Shown piece after piece: positions 37,675-47,194 of a stretch of DNA of 64,000 nucleotides. The DNA lies in contig CAXXET010000008.1 of assembly GCA_963666115.2 (NCBI GenBank), positions 32,001 through 96,000 of the forward strand. Reading direction: 5' to 3'. The stretch comes from Dehalococcoidia bacterium. GTDB taxonomy: Bacteria; Chloroflexota; Dehalococcoidia; UBA6926. Within the stretch, counting starts at the first letter, position 1; each line of letters opens with the position of its first letter. The position numbers and the translations under genes were made by a program. A model generated the notes under the pieces. That model did not search any database and was not told the origin of the DNA. It worked only from the letters and a program-made list of their open reading frames with translations.

Positions 37675-38738
37675 GCTTTCAGACGCTAGACATTGAGTCG
37701 CTGGAGTTCGACAAGGAGAATCCTCGACTGCCCTCCAACCTGCGGGGTGGCAGCGATGCTGACATTCTGGCGTACCTTGCCGCCAAAACTGGAATCGAAA
37801 ACCTCATGTCGTCCATTGGAGAGAACGGCTTCTTCGCAGGTGAGGCTATCGTCGTGACGCCCCAAGGCACCGACAAGTACACGGTCATTGAGGGAAATCG
37901 CCGGCTGGCAGCATTGCGCCTATTGCAGGACCCGGAACAGGTTGGCCGGGCAACAATCAGGCGAGCAGCGGAGGAGGCCAAGAGCAAGCCGACCCAAGTG
38001 CCCGCATATGTCGTCCAAACGCGAGACGAAACTTTGCAGTACCTGGGATTCCGCCACATCTCAGGAGTACAGCGGTGGGACCCGTTGGCAAAGGCGAGAT
38101 ACCTGGAATCGTTGTTTGAACGGGTTGAAGGCGACGACCCTATGGAGAGATACGCTGCGGTTGCCCGAGAGATCGGCAGCACACGGCCTGCTGTGCAGAG
38201 GAACCTTGATGCCCTTGCTGCATACAAGAGCATTGAGCAGAGAGATTTCTACGGCATCACAGACATAGAGGAGGGAACCTTTCAGTTCGGGACCTTTTAC
38301 ACAGCGCTCGGCAATGTTGACATAGCAAACTTCATTGGCACCAAACAAGATGGGGCTCCAGCGCATCCGCTAACAAACCCGTCGGCGCTGAACCAGGATA
38401 ACCTCCAAAAACTTGTAAAGTACATGTTCGAGAAGAATGACCGCGGAGCAACAGTCCTTGGTGAATCACGCAATATCCCCAAGCTGGCCGCCGTGGTAGC
38501 TAACGCGGATTCATTGCAGGCGCTGCGCAGAGGTGAAACGCTGGAAACGGCGTACCGATTGACGCCCCATGGCCGAGAGGAATTCATCAGCCGCATGACT
38601 CAAGCAAACGACGCGCTGAGACTGGCGAGTGGCAATGTATACGATGTCGACGAAACGGACAAAATTGCAACGGACCTCGTCCGTGAGGCCAGCAAGATAG
38701 TTCGTTCTATATCCGAACGGCTACGCTTGTCTCAATAG
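37671..38738 (+). CDS. ParB/Srx N-terminal domain protein
   Basis: FDKENPRL, VIEGNRRLAALRLL, GFRHISG..RW..LAKARY; 4-bp overlap with the MTase. Confidence 0.75.
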   Translation: MSFQTLDIESLEFDKENPRLPSNLRGGSDADILAYLAAKTGIENLMSSIGENGFFAGEAIVVTPQGTDKYTVIEGNRRLAALRLLQDPEQVGRATIRRAAEEAKSKPTQVPAYVVQTRDETLQYLGFRHISGVQRWDPLAKARYLESLFERVEGDDPMERYAAVAREIGSTRPAVQRNLDALAAYKSIEQRDFYGITDIEEGTFQFGTFYTALGNVDIANFIGTKQDGAPAHPLTNPSALNQDNLQKLVKYMFEKNDRGATVLGESRNIPKLAAVVANADSLQALRRGETLETAYRLTPHGREEFISRMTQANDALRLASGNVYDVDETDKIATDLVREASKIVRSISERLRLSQ

Positions 38739-38742
38739 TGTA

Positions 38743-39702
38743 ATGATTGATATAACGTGGGATTCATCGATCACCAAAGATCCGCTCCAGTTGGCGGATG
38801 GAATTGAGCTTGCGGTCGCCTTTGTTGGTCGTTATGGCAGCCGATTCACGCAGGCGAATTTCCAACGTTCGGTGGACACCGAGAATCTCGACGATACGGA
38901 GGACTCATTCCTCGATAGTGATGGGGCTTACGAGCGCAACGAACAATTTGAGCAGGCGCTTGCCCTCATCGCAGATCGCGCATCCTGGCTTGGTCGTGCA
39001 TATCCTTTCAAGGTAGAGTCCGGAGAAGTTCAGTTTGCCCCTCCGGAATCACTTGAGGATTGCCTGCCCTACCTCTTTTTGCTTGTATGCTCCAACAGCA
39101 ACTATGCTCCTTCCCTAAAGAATGGCCTGCCAATCGATTTTGAATACCTGTGCAAGGAAGCGTTTAGAGCGCTCTTTCCCCAACGGGCCGAGGTTCTTCT
39201 GTTCAGCAAGAACAGCCAGGATCGGAGAGAAATTTTTGGATCATCCGCAGGAGACGCCGTTCGCATGTTGGCGCAAATGCTCAATACCGGTTTGGTAAAC
39301 TCCGAGCGCCTACCCGACACACAGCGTGAATTTGGCATCGACCTTATTGCTACCTATTCCTTTGATGACCAGGCTCCGTACACTTTCTTCGCTTTCGCAC
39401 AATGCACAATAGGAGAAGAATGGTGGCTCAAGAAGCATGAGGCAATCGCGGATAACGGACTCGCCGACTTTATTCATTTGAATGCGCGTCACTCCAATTT
39501 CTTGATGATTCCGCATTTTCCGCGATACAATCTACGGGAATGGAGCGAAGACCCTGCGCGCACTGGAAACTGCATACTCTGTGACCGTTTCAGGATATGC
39601 AAATTGCTGCAGAGGGCCGACTCTTTCGATCCCAGCAGCCCTCCGGAGAGTATCGCGGAGGTCTTCAAGCAACTCAGAGACAATCTCGTTGAGCCGGTCT
39701 GA
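38743..39702 (+). CDS. Hypothetical protein, possible degenerate PD-(D/E)xK nuclease
   Basis: FEYLC...GIDLIA...FAFAQCT pattern; 4 bp after the ParB-like gene. Confidence 0.55.
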   Translation: MIDITWDSSITKDPLQLADGIELAVAFVGRYGSRFTQANFQRSVDTENLDDTEDSFLDSDGAYERNEQFEQALALIADRASWLGRAYPFKVESGEVQFAPPESLEDCLPYLFLLVCSNSNYAPSLKNGLPIDFEYLCKEAFRALFPQRAEVLLFSKNSQDRREIFGSSAGDAVRMLAQMLNTGLVNSERLPDTQREFGIDLIATYSFDDQAPYTFFAFAQCTIGEEWWLKKHEAIADNGLADFIHLNARHSNFLMIPHFPRYNLREWSEDPARTGNCILCDRFRICKLLQRADSFDPSSPPESIAEVFKQLRDNLVEPV

Positions 39703-39738
39703 CGGGGCGCAAGCGAAGACTCTGGAAGGACGCATCAC

Positions 39739-40200
39739 ATGGCTGACACCGTATCGCCTGAGACCCGCAGCCGCATGATGTCCCGCATCAAATCGAAGGG
39801 CACCAAGCCGGAGGTTCTTGTACGGCGATTGCTCCATGGCCTCGGGTACAGGTATCGCTTGCATCGGGCAGGCCTGCCTGGGCGGCCTGACATGGTGTTC
39901 CCTTCGCGCCGCAAGGTCGTGTTCGTGCATGGTTGCTTTTGGCACTACCATCCTGAATGCGACCAGGCGCGCATACCCGACACCAACCGCGATTACTGGT
40001 TGCCGAAGTTGACGCGCACCAGGGCCAGGGACGCGCGCAACAGCCTGGCGCTCAGGGAAAAAGGCTGGGACGTGATGACGGTCTGGGAATGCCAGCTGAA
40101 GGATATAGAGGCAGTCACCAAGCGACTCGTTGATTTCCTGGACCATCCGCCCCCAACCCCCATTCACCATCATCATCCGTCTCCCCAATCTTTCCACTAA
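39739..40200 (+). CDS. vsr: Very short patch repair endonuclease
   Basis: RSRMMSRIKSKGTKPE, LPGRPD, FVHGCFWH, VWEC. Confidence 0.95.
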   Translation: MADTVSPETRSRMMSRIKSKGTKPEVLVRRLLHGLGYRYRLHRAGLPGRPDMVFPSRRKVVFVHGCFWHYHPECDQARIPDTNRDYWLPKLTRTRARDARNSLALREKGWDVMTVWECQLKDIEAVTKRLVDFLDHPPPTPIHHHHPSPQSFH

Positions 40201-40335
40201 CCCCCAGCTCTCCCCGCCACCTTTCCACCGCCTTTCCACACCGATTCCACCCGGAATCCACACGCCTTCCCCTAGTCAAATCAATTCACCGTCCACCATC
40301 CCCACAGCCTTAGAGGCGGTATAACAACCCACATG
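40190..40335 (+). promoter_or_regulatory. Array of DnaA-box-like 9-mers, candidate oriC
   Basis: CTTTCCACC, CTTTCCACA, GATTCCACC, GAATCCACA at 40221/40232/40243/40254, plus copies at 40190 and 40298. Confidence 0.5.
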
Positions 40336-40351
40336 GATATATGCTGAGAGA

Positions 40352-41632
40352 ATGATTGACCAAGCTCAGATACACGTGAACGGTGGAAAAGGCGGGCGCG
40401 GCGCAGTGTCCTTCCGGCGGGAGAAGTACGTTCCGTTTGGCGGGCCTGACGGCGGCGATGGCGGCCAGGGCGGCAGTGTCGTGTTTCGCGCCGACGAGAA
40501 TCTGATGACGCTGCAGGACTACGGGCGCAGTCTTCGATATGCCGCGCAAAACGGGGAGCCTGGCCGCGGCAAGAAGCAGACCGGCAAGACTGGCGGCGAT
40601 CTCATTTTGACGGTTCCTGTGGGAACGATAGTGACGTGGACGGGCGAGAAGACTGGCGGCGCGGTGGACCTTGAGTCGGACGGCGCGAGTATCGTCGTTG
40701 CGAAGGGCGGAGGCGGAGGCCGCGGCAACGTGCGGTTCACGAGTTCGACGAATCGCGCGCCGCGGCTGGCAGAGAGCGGCGAACCCGGCGAAGAGGTGGA
40801 CGTCCGCCTTGATCTGAAGCTGCTCGCCGATGTTGGCCTTGTCGGCCTCCCCAACGCGGGCAAGTCCAGTCTCCTGGCAATCGGCTCCGGGGCGAACCCG
40901 CGTGTCGCGGCCTACGCGTTCACCACCACCGAGCCGAACCTTGGCGTTGTGGACATCGGCTGGAGTAGCTTCGTCCTGGCGGACATCCCGGGGCTTATTG
41001 AGGGCGCGCATGAGGGCAAGGGCCTTGGCGACCAATTCCTCCGCCACGTGGAGCGCACCGCCGTCCTCATCCACATCATCGACGGTAGCCTGCCGGATGT
41101 CCTGGATGCATGGCGGAGCATCAACAACGAACTCGCGCTCCACGAGGCCCGGTTGGAGGACAAGCCGCAGATCGTGGCCGTCAACAAGATCGACGTGCCT
41201 GAGACGCAAGAGCAGCTGCCGGAACTGCAGGAGGCGTTCGCCGCCGAGGGTGTCGACGAGGTATTCGCGGTGTCCGCCGTCACCGGCGAGGGCGTGACGG
41301 AGCTGATGCGGGCCGCCTACACCCGCGTCGAAGCCGAAAGGGAGGCGCGCAAGCGGGCGCCGGCGCAGGAGGCGGACGAGCCGGAGGTCATCATCAGGCC
41401 TGAGCCGTTCCGCATCATGCCGGTCGTGGAGGCCGAGGAGGAGGGAGTGTGGCGGCTCAAGCACCCCCGCATTGAGCGGCTCGCCGACGGCATCGACCTC
41501 ACGGACATGGGCGTCGCCGCGCAGTTCTGGCGAGAACTCGGCCACGTCGGCGCGATTGATGCCCTGGAGCGGGCGGGCGCAGAGCCGGGCGACTGGGTAC
41601 TCATCGGCCGGACGGAGGTGAGGTGGCGGTGA
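40352..41632 (+). CDS. obgE: GTPase ObgE
   Basis: FRREKYVPFGGPDGGDGG, GLPNAGKS, YAFTT, DIPG, NKID. Confidence 0.97.
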   Translation: MIDQAQIHVNGGKGGRGAVSFRREKYVPFGGPDGGDGGQGGSVVFRADENLMTLQDYGRSLRYAAQNGEPGRGKKQTGKTGGDLILTVPVGTIVTWTGEKTGGAVDLESDGASIVVAKGGGGGRGNVRFTSSTNRAPRLAESGEPGEEVDVRLDLKLLADVGLVGLPNAGKSSLLAIGSGANPRVAAYAFTTTEPNLGVVDIGWSSFVLADIPGLIEGAHEGKGLGDQFLRHVERTAVLIHIIDGSLPDVLDAWRSINNELALHEARLEDKPQIVAVNKIDVPETQEQLPELQEAFAAEGVDEVFAVSAVTGEGVTELMRAAYTRVEAEREARKRAPAQEADEPEVIIRPEPFRIMPVVEAEEEGVWRLKHPRIERLADGIDLTDMGVAAQFWRELGHVGAIDALERAGAEPGDWVLIGRTEVRWR

Positions 41633-42249
41633 GCCGCGTCGGCATCCTGGGCGGCAGCTTTGATCCCCCGCACGTCGGCCACCTGATGATTGCGCGGGAG
41701 GCGCGGGAGCGCGTCGGCCTTGATGCCGTCCTCTTCGTGCCGGCGGGCGAGCAGTGGCTCAAGGAGGGGCAGGTCGTCGCCCCTGCCACCCACCGCCTCG
41801 CCATGACGCACCTGCTGGTAGGCTCAACCCCCCACTTCAGCGTGTCCGACATGGAAATCACGCGCCCCGGCCCAACGTACACCGTTGACACTCTCCACGC
41901 CCTCCGGGAAGCGTCGCCGCCGGACACGGACTATTTCTTCATCCTCGGCGAAGACGCCGTGGCCGACCTCCCCCGCTGGCACAGCCCGCAGGAGCTCGTG
42001 ACACTGTGCCGCTTCATCGCCATGCCCCGCGCTGGCGCCGGAGGACGCCCCGACCTCTCTCCGGCCTACGCCGCCGTCCCCGGCCTGCGCGACAAGGTCA
42101 CCGTCCTCGACGACGCCCCCCGCATCGACGTCAGTTCCTCGTCCGTCCGCCGGATGATCGAGCGCGGAGAAGACCTTAAAAGCGCCTTAAACGGCGTTTT
42201 ACCGGACTACATTGTGAAATACTTAACTGCGCACCGACTGTATGGCTGA
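41629..42249 (+). CDS. nadD: Nicotinate-nucleotide adenylyltransferase
   Basis: GGSFDPPHVGH, TYTVDTL, FILGED, VSSSSVR. Confidence 0.93.
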   Translation: MSRVGILGGSFDPPHVGHLMIAREARERVGLDAVLFVPAGEQWLKEGQVVAPATHRLAMTHLLVGSTPHFSVSDMEITRPGPTYTVDTLHALREASPPDTDYFFILGEDAVADLPRWHSPQELVTLCRFIAMPRAGAGGRPDLSPAYAAVPGLRDKVTVLDDAPRIDVSSSSVRRMIERGEDLKSALNGVLPDYIVKYLTAHRLYG

Positions 42250-42259
42250 GCAGGATTTC

Positions 42260-43153
42260 CTATTGCTCAAGCGTCCTGAGGAAGCGATCGTCGCGCCGCC
42301 ACCGCGGTCTCGTCCGCGCCCACAGCGATAGCATCACCGGACGCCCCAACAGCTCCTCCAAAAGCGGCCTCACCCGCGTGCCCACGTCCTTGAGAGCCTT
42401 CCCCCCCTTGCCCACAACGATCCCCCGCTGCGTAACCCGCTCAACATAAACGCTAGCCTCAATAAAATCCTTCCCGCCATGCTCCGGGTCCTGCGGCGCG
42501 TGCTTCTCCACTTCAACGGCGGTCGCGTAGGGCACCTCGTCGCCGTACACGGCAAACACGCCCTCCCGTATCAGTTCGGAGATCAAAAAAGTCTCCGAGC
42601 GGTCGGTCAAAGTTGACGGATCGAAGAGCGGCTCCTGCTCCGGCAGGTTGGCGATGATGCTCTCTAGGAGGCTGTCCAGCCCGTCGCCCGTTTTGGCGCT
42701 AATCGGGATGATGTCCCGGAACTCCGCGTACAGTTCGTTGTAGTCCTCGATGACGGGCAGCAGCCTTCCCTTGCGGACGGTATCCAGCTTGTTGACGGCA
42801 ACGATGGCGGGGAGGTTTCGCGCCGTGATTTCGCCGAGCAGCGTCTCTTCAACGTCTCCTGCCGTGCGCGGCGCGGACACCAGCACTGCCAGGTCGGCAG
42901 TCTCCAACGCCTGCCGCGTCTCGCGCAGCATCCGGCGGCTCAGGGCGTCAACACGCGGGTCGGCGGGACGCCCCGGTGTATCCAGCAACCCGACTTGGAA
43001 ATCATCCCCGTGCAGAACGGCCAGGATCCGATAGCGCGACGTCTGCGGCTTCGGGCTAACCGCCGCCAGCCGCGTCCCCACCAGCGTATTGACCAGCGTC
43101 GACTTCCCAACATTGGGCCGCCCAACAACGGCAACATACCCGGCGCGGATCAT
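42260..43153 (-). CDS. era: GTPase Era
   Basis: GRPNVGKSTL, PKPQTSR, DTPG, NKLD; KH motif VVGKGG. Confidence 0.93.
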   Translation of the reverse strand: MIRAGYVAVVGRPNVGKSTLVNTLVGTRLAAVSPKPQTSRYRILAVLHGDDFQVGLLDTPGRPADPRVDALSRRMLRETRQALETADLAVLVSAPRTAGDVEETLLGEITARNLPAIVAVNKLDTVRKGRLLPVIEDYNELYAEFRDIIPISAKTGDGLDSLLESIIANLPEQEPLFDPSTLTDRSETFLISELIREGVFAVYGDEVPYATAVEVEKHAPQDPEHGGKDFIEASVYVERVTQRGIVVGKGGKALKDVGTRVRPLLEELLGRPVMLSLWARTRPRWRRDDRFLRTLEQ

Positions 43154-43201
43154 CTTTGCGCCGCCGTGTGGCAGGGGCCTGTTACGGTCACGGTCACCGT
43201 G

Positions 43202-43588
43202 TCAGGAGGCCTCGGCGAACCGCTCGGCATCCTGGATAAACTTCTCCGTTTCCCGAATCAACCGGATGACCTCTTCAATGGGATCGAAGTCATTGTTCAT
43301 GTTGCACTGCACGAAGAGGACGCCCACCCGGTTCCTGTATTGCTCCCGAAACGCCGCGAGTTGAGGGTCGTGCTTGCTGATCGTCGTGAGGCTGTGTTGA
43401 ATGGCGGCGCCTGTGCGTGGAGCGTCGGCTGAGCGCGCCGCGATGAGCGCGCTGGCGGCCTTGTCCGTGGCGTCCGATGCCTTGAGCGTCGCCTCGCGCA
43501 GTTCGCCGGTCAGCATGAGGGTCATAGCGGCGCCGCGCATGACGCGGGCCTCCTCCAACAGTTCCTGGACTTCTGTCGTGACGGTCAT
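43202..43588 (-). CDS. HEPN/PaREP1-like protein, degenerate paralogue
   Basis: GELREATLKASDATDKAASALIAAR aligns with the neighbouring gene. Confidence 0.6.
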   Translation of the reverse strand: MTVTTEVQELLEEARVMRGAAMTLMLTGELREATLKASDATDKAASALIAARSADAPRTGAAIQHSLTTISKHDPQLAAFREQYRNRVGVLFVQCNMNNDFDPIEEVIRLIRETEKFIQDAERFAEAS

Positions 43589-43628
43589 TACGCACCTCCG
43601 AGGCGACGGTCACCTGAACACGCTTAGT

Positions 43629-44012
43629 CTACGAAATCGCCAAGCGTTCGGCCAATTGAACATAGGACGCCGTGTCACGGATGGCGGCAACGACGGCGTC
43701 AGCAGGCTCACAATCCCCGTAGTAGAAGCATCTGCCGTGCAAATCCCTCTGGTAAGCCCGGTAGCCCTCAACCAGTTCTTGCGCCAACGGGTAGTCGGCA
43801 GCCACTGCCCGCAAACTTCGCCACGTTGCGCTCGACGTTCGGGGCTCCATGCCAGTACGGGCCGAAATGAGGCCGTCTGCGGCGCGTTTCACGGCGCACC
43901 ATGCCTTTTCGGCGGCATCACGAATGTCGCCGGTATCCAGCAGGGTCAACGCGGACGTGCTCATCAGGCGGGCATCCTCAAAGATTCTGCGAGTATCGTC
44001 CGTCATCGCCAT
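43629..44012 (-). CDS. HEPN/PaREP1-like protein
   Basis: GDIRDAAEKAWCAV...LHGRCFYYG. Confidence 0.65.
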   Translation of the reverse strand: MAMTDDTRRIFEDARLMSTSALTLLDTGDIRDAAEKAWCAVKRAADGLISARTGMEPRTSSATWRSLRAVAADYPLAQELVEGYRAYQRDLHGRCFYYGDCEPADAVVAAIRDTASYVQLAERLAIS

Positions 44013-44016
44013 TTGC

Positions 44017-45447
44017 CTATTTTCCTTCCAGCGCCGCCCGCACAGCCGCTATCAGCTCATCATCCTCTTCCGGCAGCACGGTCCGCGGGTCAAGCAGCAG
44101 GCGGTCATCCTCAATGCGACCGATCACGGCAGGGTGCGAAGGCGATGCCCGCAGGCGTTCGGTTAGCGTGTCCGCGTTGGCGCGCTCCGGTTCGATTGCC
44201 AGGGCGCGCGTCGGCAGCGTTCCGCCCGGCAGGCTCCCCCCGCCCACCGCCGTCTCCGCCTCCACCACGCGCAAGCCCTCCCCGCCGATCTCCTCTCGCC
44301 ACCGCAGTGCGCGCTCGTCCAGCGACGCCGCGCCTGCGGAGATCATGCGCCACACGGGAACTTCCGTTAGCGCCACGCCCCGCGCGTACGATTGCAGCGT
44401 CGCCGTCAACGCCGCCAGATCCAGCTTGTCGATTCGAACGGCGCGAGCCAGTGGATGGGACTTCATTTTGTCGATAAGCTCCTTGCGCCCCACCGCGATG
44501 CCCGCCTGCGGCCCTCCCAGCAGCTTGTCGCCGGAAAACAGCGCGATGTCCGAACCCTCCCGCTCCAACGCGTCTCGCACCGTGGGCTCCGGCGCAAGGC
44601 CGAACTGCGCGGTGTCCAGCAGACAGCCGGAACCAAGGTCGTTGATGAGCGGAACGTTGCGCGCGTGTGCAATCTCCGCAATCTCCGCCGCGTCCGGCGT
44701 GCTCGTGAAACCGACAACAAGGAAATTGCTGCGATGCACCCGCAGGAGCGCCCCCGTGTTGTCCGTGACGGCGTCCGCGTAGTCCGCGGCGTACGTGCGA
44801 TTTGTCGTGCCGACTTCAACGAGAATTGCCCCACTCTGGCGCAGCACGTCCGGTATCCTGAACCGCCCCCCAATCTCCACGGCCTCTCCGCGAGAGACGA
44901 TGACCTCCCGCCCTCCAGCGATTGCCGCAAGGGCAAGCAGGACGGCGGAGGCGTTGTTGTTGACCACGATGGCCGCCTCCGCGCCCGTCAGGAATTGCAG
45001 CAGCCGCTCCGGGTGCGCGTGGCGTGAGCCGCGCTCTCCGGCCTGCAGGTCGTATTCGAGATCGGAGTACCCGCGCGCCACGCTGCTCATCGCCTCGATG
45101 GCGGCACGACTCAATGGCGCGCGCCCCAGGTTCGTGTGGATGATGACCCCGGCCGCGTTGATGACGCGGCGAGGCCGCGGCCCCAAAAGGTCGTTGATGG
45201 ACGCCGTCACGCGGGCGGTGAGCGTATCCATATCGGGCGCGCCGTCCGTCTCGCCGGCCAAAATCGCCCCGCGCGCCGCGTCGATAGCTTGTCGCGCCGC
45301 ACTCGTCACCGTGTCGACTCCAACGCTCTCCGCAAGCACGCCAAGCGCTTCACTGCCGACCAGTCGATCCACGCTCGGCAGCCCGCGCAGGGCATCGGAT
45401 TGCCGCTGCCGTCCGCCGCCCGAGTTCCCCTCGTGTGACTGTGCCAT
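44017..45447 (-). CDS. selA: L-seryl-tRNA(Sec) selenium transferase
   Basis: INAAGVIIHTNLGRAPL, VNNNASA, EVGTTNRT, FSGDKLLGGPQAG. Confidence 0.96.
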   Translation of the reverse strand: MAQSHEGNSGGGRQRQSDALRGLPSVDRLVGSEALGVLAESVGVDTVTSAARQAIDAARGAILAGETDGAPDMDTLTARVTASINDLLGPRPRRVINAAGVIIHTNLGRAPLSRAAIEAMSSVARGYSDLEYDLQAGERGSRHAHPERLLQFLTGAEAAIVVNNNASAVLLALAAIAGGREVIVSRGEAVEIGGRFRIPDVLRQSGAILVEVGTTNRTYAADYADAVTDNTGALLRVHRSNFLVVGFTSTPDAAEIAEIAHARNVPLINDLGSGCLLDTAQFGLAPEPTVRDALEREGSDIALFSGDKLLGGPQAGIAVGRKELIDKMKSHPLARAVRIDKLDLAALTATLQSYARGVALTEVPVWRMISAGAASLDERALRWREEIGGEGLRVVEAETAVGGGSLPGGTLPTRALAIEPERANADTLTERLRASPSHPAVIGRIEDDRLLLDPRTVLPEEDDELIAAVRAALEGK

Positions 45448-45601
45448 ACGTGATTATCGCCCATCATGGGCAGGGCACGCTGATGCCCCTATGCGTGGGG
45501 CGTTGGTCGTGACGTATACTACTAGTTCGGGCGCGCGTATGAGGCGCGTGGCCACACTAACAGTGGTTCGGGCATTGGCCGAACGGCGAGGGGGTAAAGG
45601 A

Positions 45602-46210
45602 ATGCAGGTCATTGGCCTGACGGGGGGGATCGCAAGCGGCAAGAGCCTCGTGAGCGAGGTGCTCCGCGACGAATACGAAGCAACCGTCATCAGCGGCGAC
45701 GAGTTGGGTCACCAGGCGTATCTGCCGGACACCGACGCGTGGAAGGACATCCTGGCCCGGTGGGGCGACGACCTGATGAACCCGGACACGCGCGAGATTG
45801 ACCGCCGCAAGCTCGGCGCAATCGTTTTCGCCGACCCGGAGGAACTCAAGGCGCTCAACGAGATCACGTGGCCGCGTATTCGGACGCTCGCAGAGAACCG
45901 CATCGCCGAATTGCGCGAAAGCGGCGTGAAGATTGCCGTGCTTGAGGCCGCCATCATGATCGAGGCGGGATGGACGGATATGTGCGACGAGTTGTGGGTG
46001 ACGCAGGCGTCGGAAGCGGATGCCATTTCGCGTCTCCAATCCCGCAACAACCTGACCGAAGAGCAGGCGAAACAGCGCATCAACGCCCAGCTGTCCAACG
46101 AGGCACGCGCGGACGAGGCGGACGTCTTGCTCCAGAACACCGGCACCATAGAGGAACTGCGCATCCGCGTCGGCGAGCTCTGGCACGCCCGCATCCGCCC
46201 GTTCCTGTAG
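45602..46210 (+). CDS. coaE: Dephospho-CoA kinase
   Basis: IGLTGGIASGKS, IDRRKLGAIVF, RINAQ. Confidence 0.93.
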   Translation: MQVIGLTGGIASGKSLVSEVLRDEYEATVISGDELGHQAYLPDTDAWKDILARWGDDLMNPDTREIDRRKLGAIVFADPEELKALNEITWPRIRTLAENRIAELRESGVKIAVLEAAIMIEAGWTDMCDELWVTQASEADAISRLQSRNNLTEEQAKQRINAQLSNEARADEADVLLQNTGTIEELRIRVGELWHARIRPFL

Positions 46211-46253
46211 GCTGCCGACCTGCAGAGAGCAATAACCACTCAAAGGGATTGGA

Positions 46254-47153
46254 ATGACCGAACAGACAGCGCTCAAAGACGCCACTGTGATGTCGTACTC
46301 CGAGTACGAGATCGAGGAATACACGATTGACAGCGAGCCCTACTACCTGCCCATCAGGGACGAGGTGGAGGTGTTCACCGCAGCCTACGAAGAAAAGATA
46401 CCCGTCATTCTCAAAGGCCCTACCGGCTGTGGCAAGACGCGGTTCGTGGAGTACATGGCGTGGCGGCTTGGCCGCCCCATCACCACCGTCCGGCAGGACG
46501 GCAAGGAGAACTCCCACGGCAAGGCCCTCGTCACCATCGCCGCCCACGAAGACCTGACCGCCAGCGATCTCGTCGGACGCTTCCTGCTCGAGGGCGAGGA
46601 GACCAAGTGGGTGGACGGCCCGCTCACCCGCGCCGTCAAGACCGGGGCCATCTGCTACCTCGATGAGGTTGTCGAGGCCCGCAAGGACACCACGGTGCTC
46701 ATCCACCCGCTGACTGACCACCGCCGCCTCCTCCCCGTTGAGAAGCGCGGCCAGATCCTGGAGGCTGCGGACGGCTTCCTGCTGGTCATCTCCTACAATC
46801 CCGGCTACCAGAGCGCGCTGAAGGACCTCAAGCAGTCCACGCGCCAGCGGTTTGTCGCGATGGAGTTCGATTACCCGCCGCGTGAATACGAGGCGCGAAT
46901 CGTCCTCCAGGAGAGCGGCGTCGATGAGGACTCCGCCGATCTGCTCGCCCGTCTTGGCGAAAAGATTCGCAACCTCAAGGAGCACGGGTTGCAGGAGGGC
47001 GTCTCCACGCGCCTGCTCATCTACGCGGGCAAGCTGATTGCCCGGGGCGTGTCTCCCCGCCGCGCCTGCGACGTGGCCATCTCCGACGCCCTCACCGATG
47101 ACGCCTCTGTCCAGCGCAGCATCCGGGAGATCACAACAAGCATCTTTGAGTAG
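46254..47153 (+). CDS. CbbQ/NirQ/NorQ family AAA+ ATPase
   Basis: [31 protein letters not shown]. Confidence 0.92.
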   Translation: MTEQTALKDATVMSYSEYEIEEYTIDSEPYYLPIRDEVEVFTAAYEEKIPVILKGPTGCGKTRFVEYMAWRLGRPITTVRQDGKENSHGKALVTIAAHEDLTASDLVGRFLLEGEETKWVDGPLTRAVKTGAICYLDEVVEARKDTTVLIHPLTDHRRLLPVEKRGQILEAADGFLLVISYNPGYQSALKDLKQSTRQRFVAMEFDYPPREYEARIVLQESGVDEDSADLLARLGEKIRNLKEHGLQEGVSTRLLIYAGKLIARGVSPRRACDVAISDALTDDASVQRSIREITTSIFE

Positions 47154-47194
47154 GAGCGGCGGCATCCGCCCGTCAAGACGACCCCTGTAAACGC

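Noticed and set aside
40140-40200. His-rich Vsr tail as a metal-binding tag
   Set aside because: Better explained by the ORF running into the C/A-rich junction tract.
44795-45601. 471-aa extended CoaE
   Set aside because: Extension is antisense to selA; CoaE motif begins at 45602.
45448-45601. tRNA-Sec or SECIS near selA
   Set aside because: No cloverleaf, and no in-frame UGA gene recognised.
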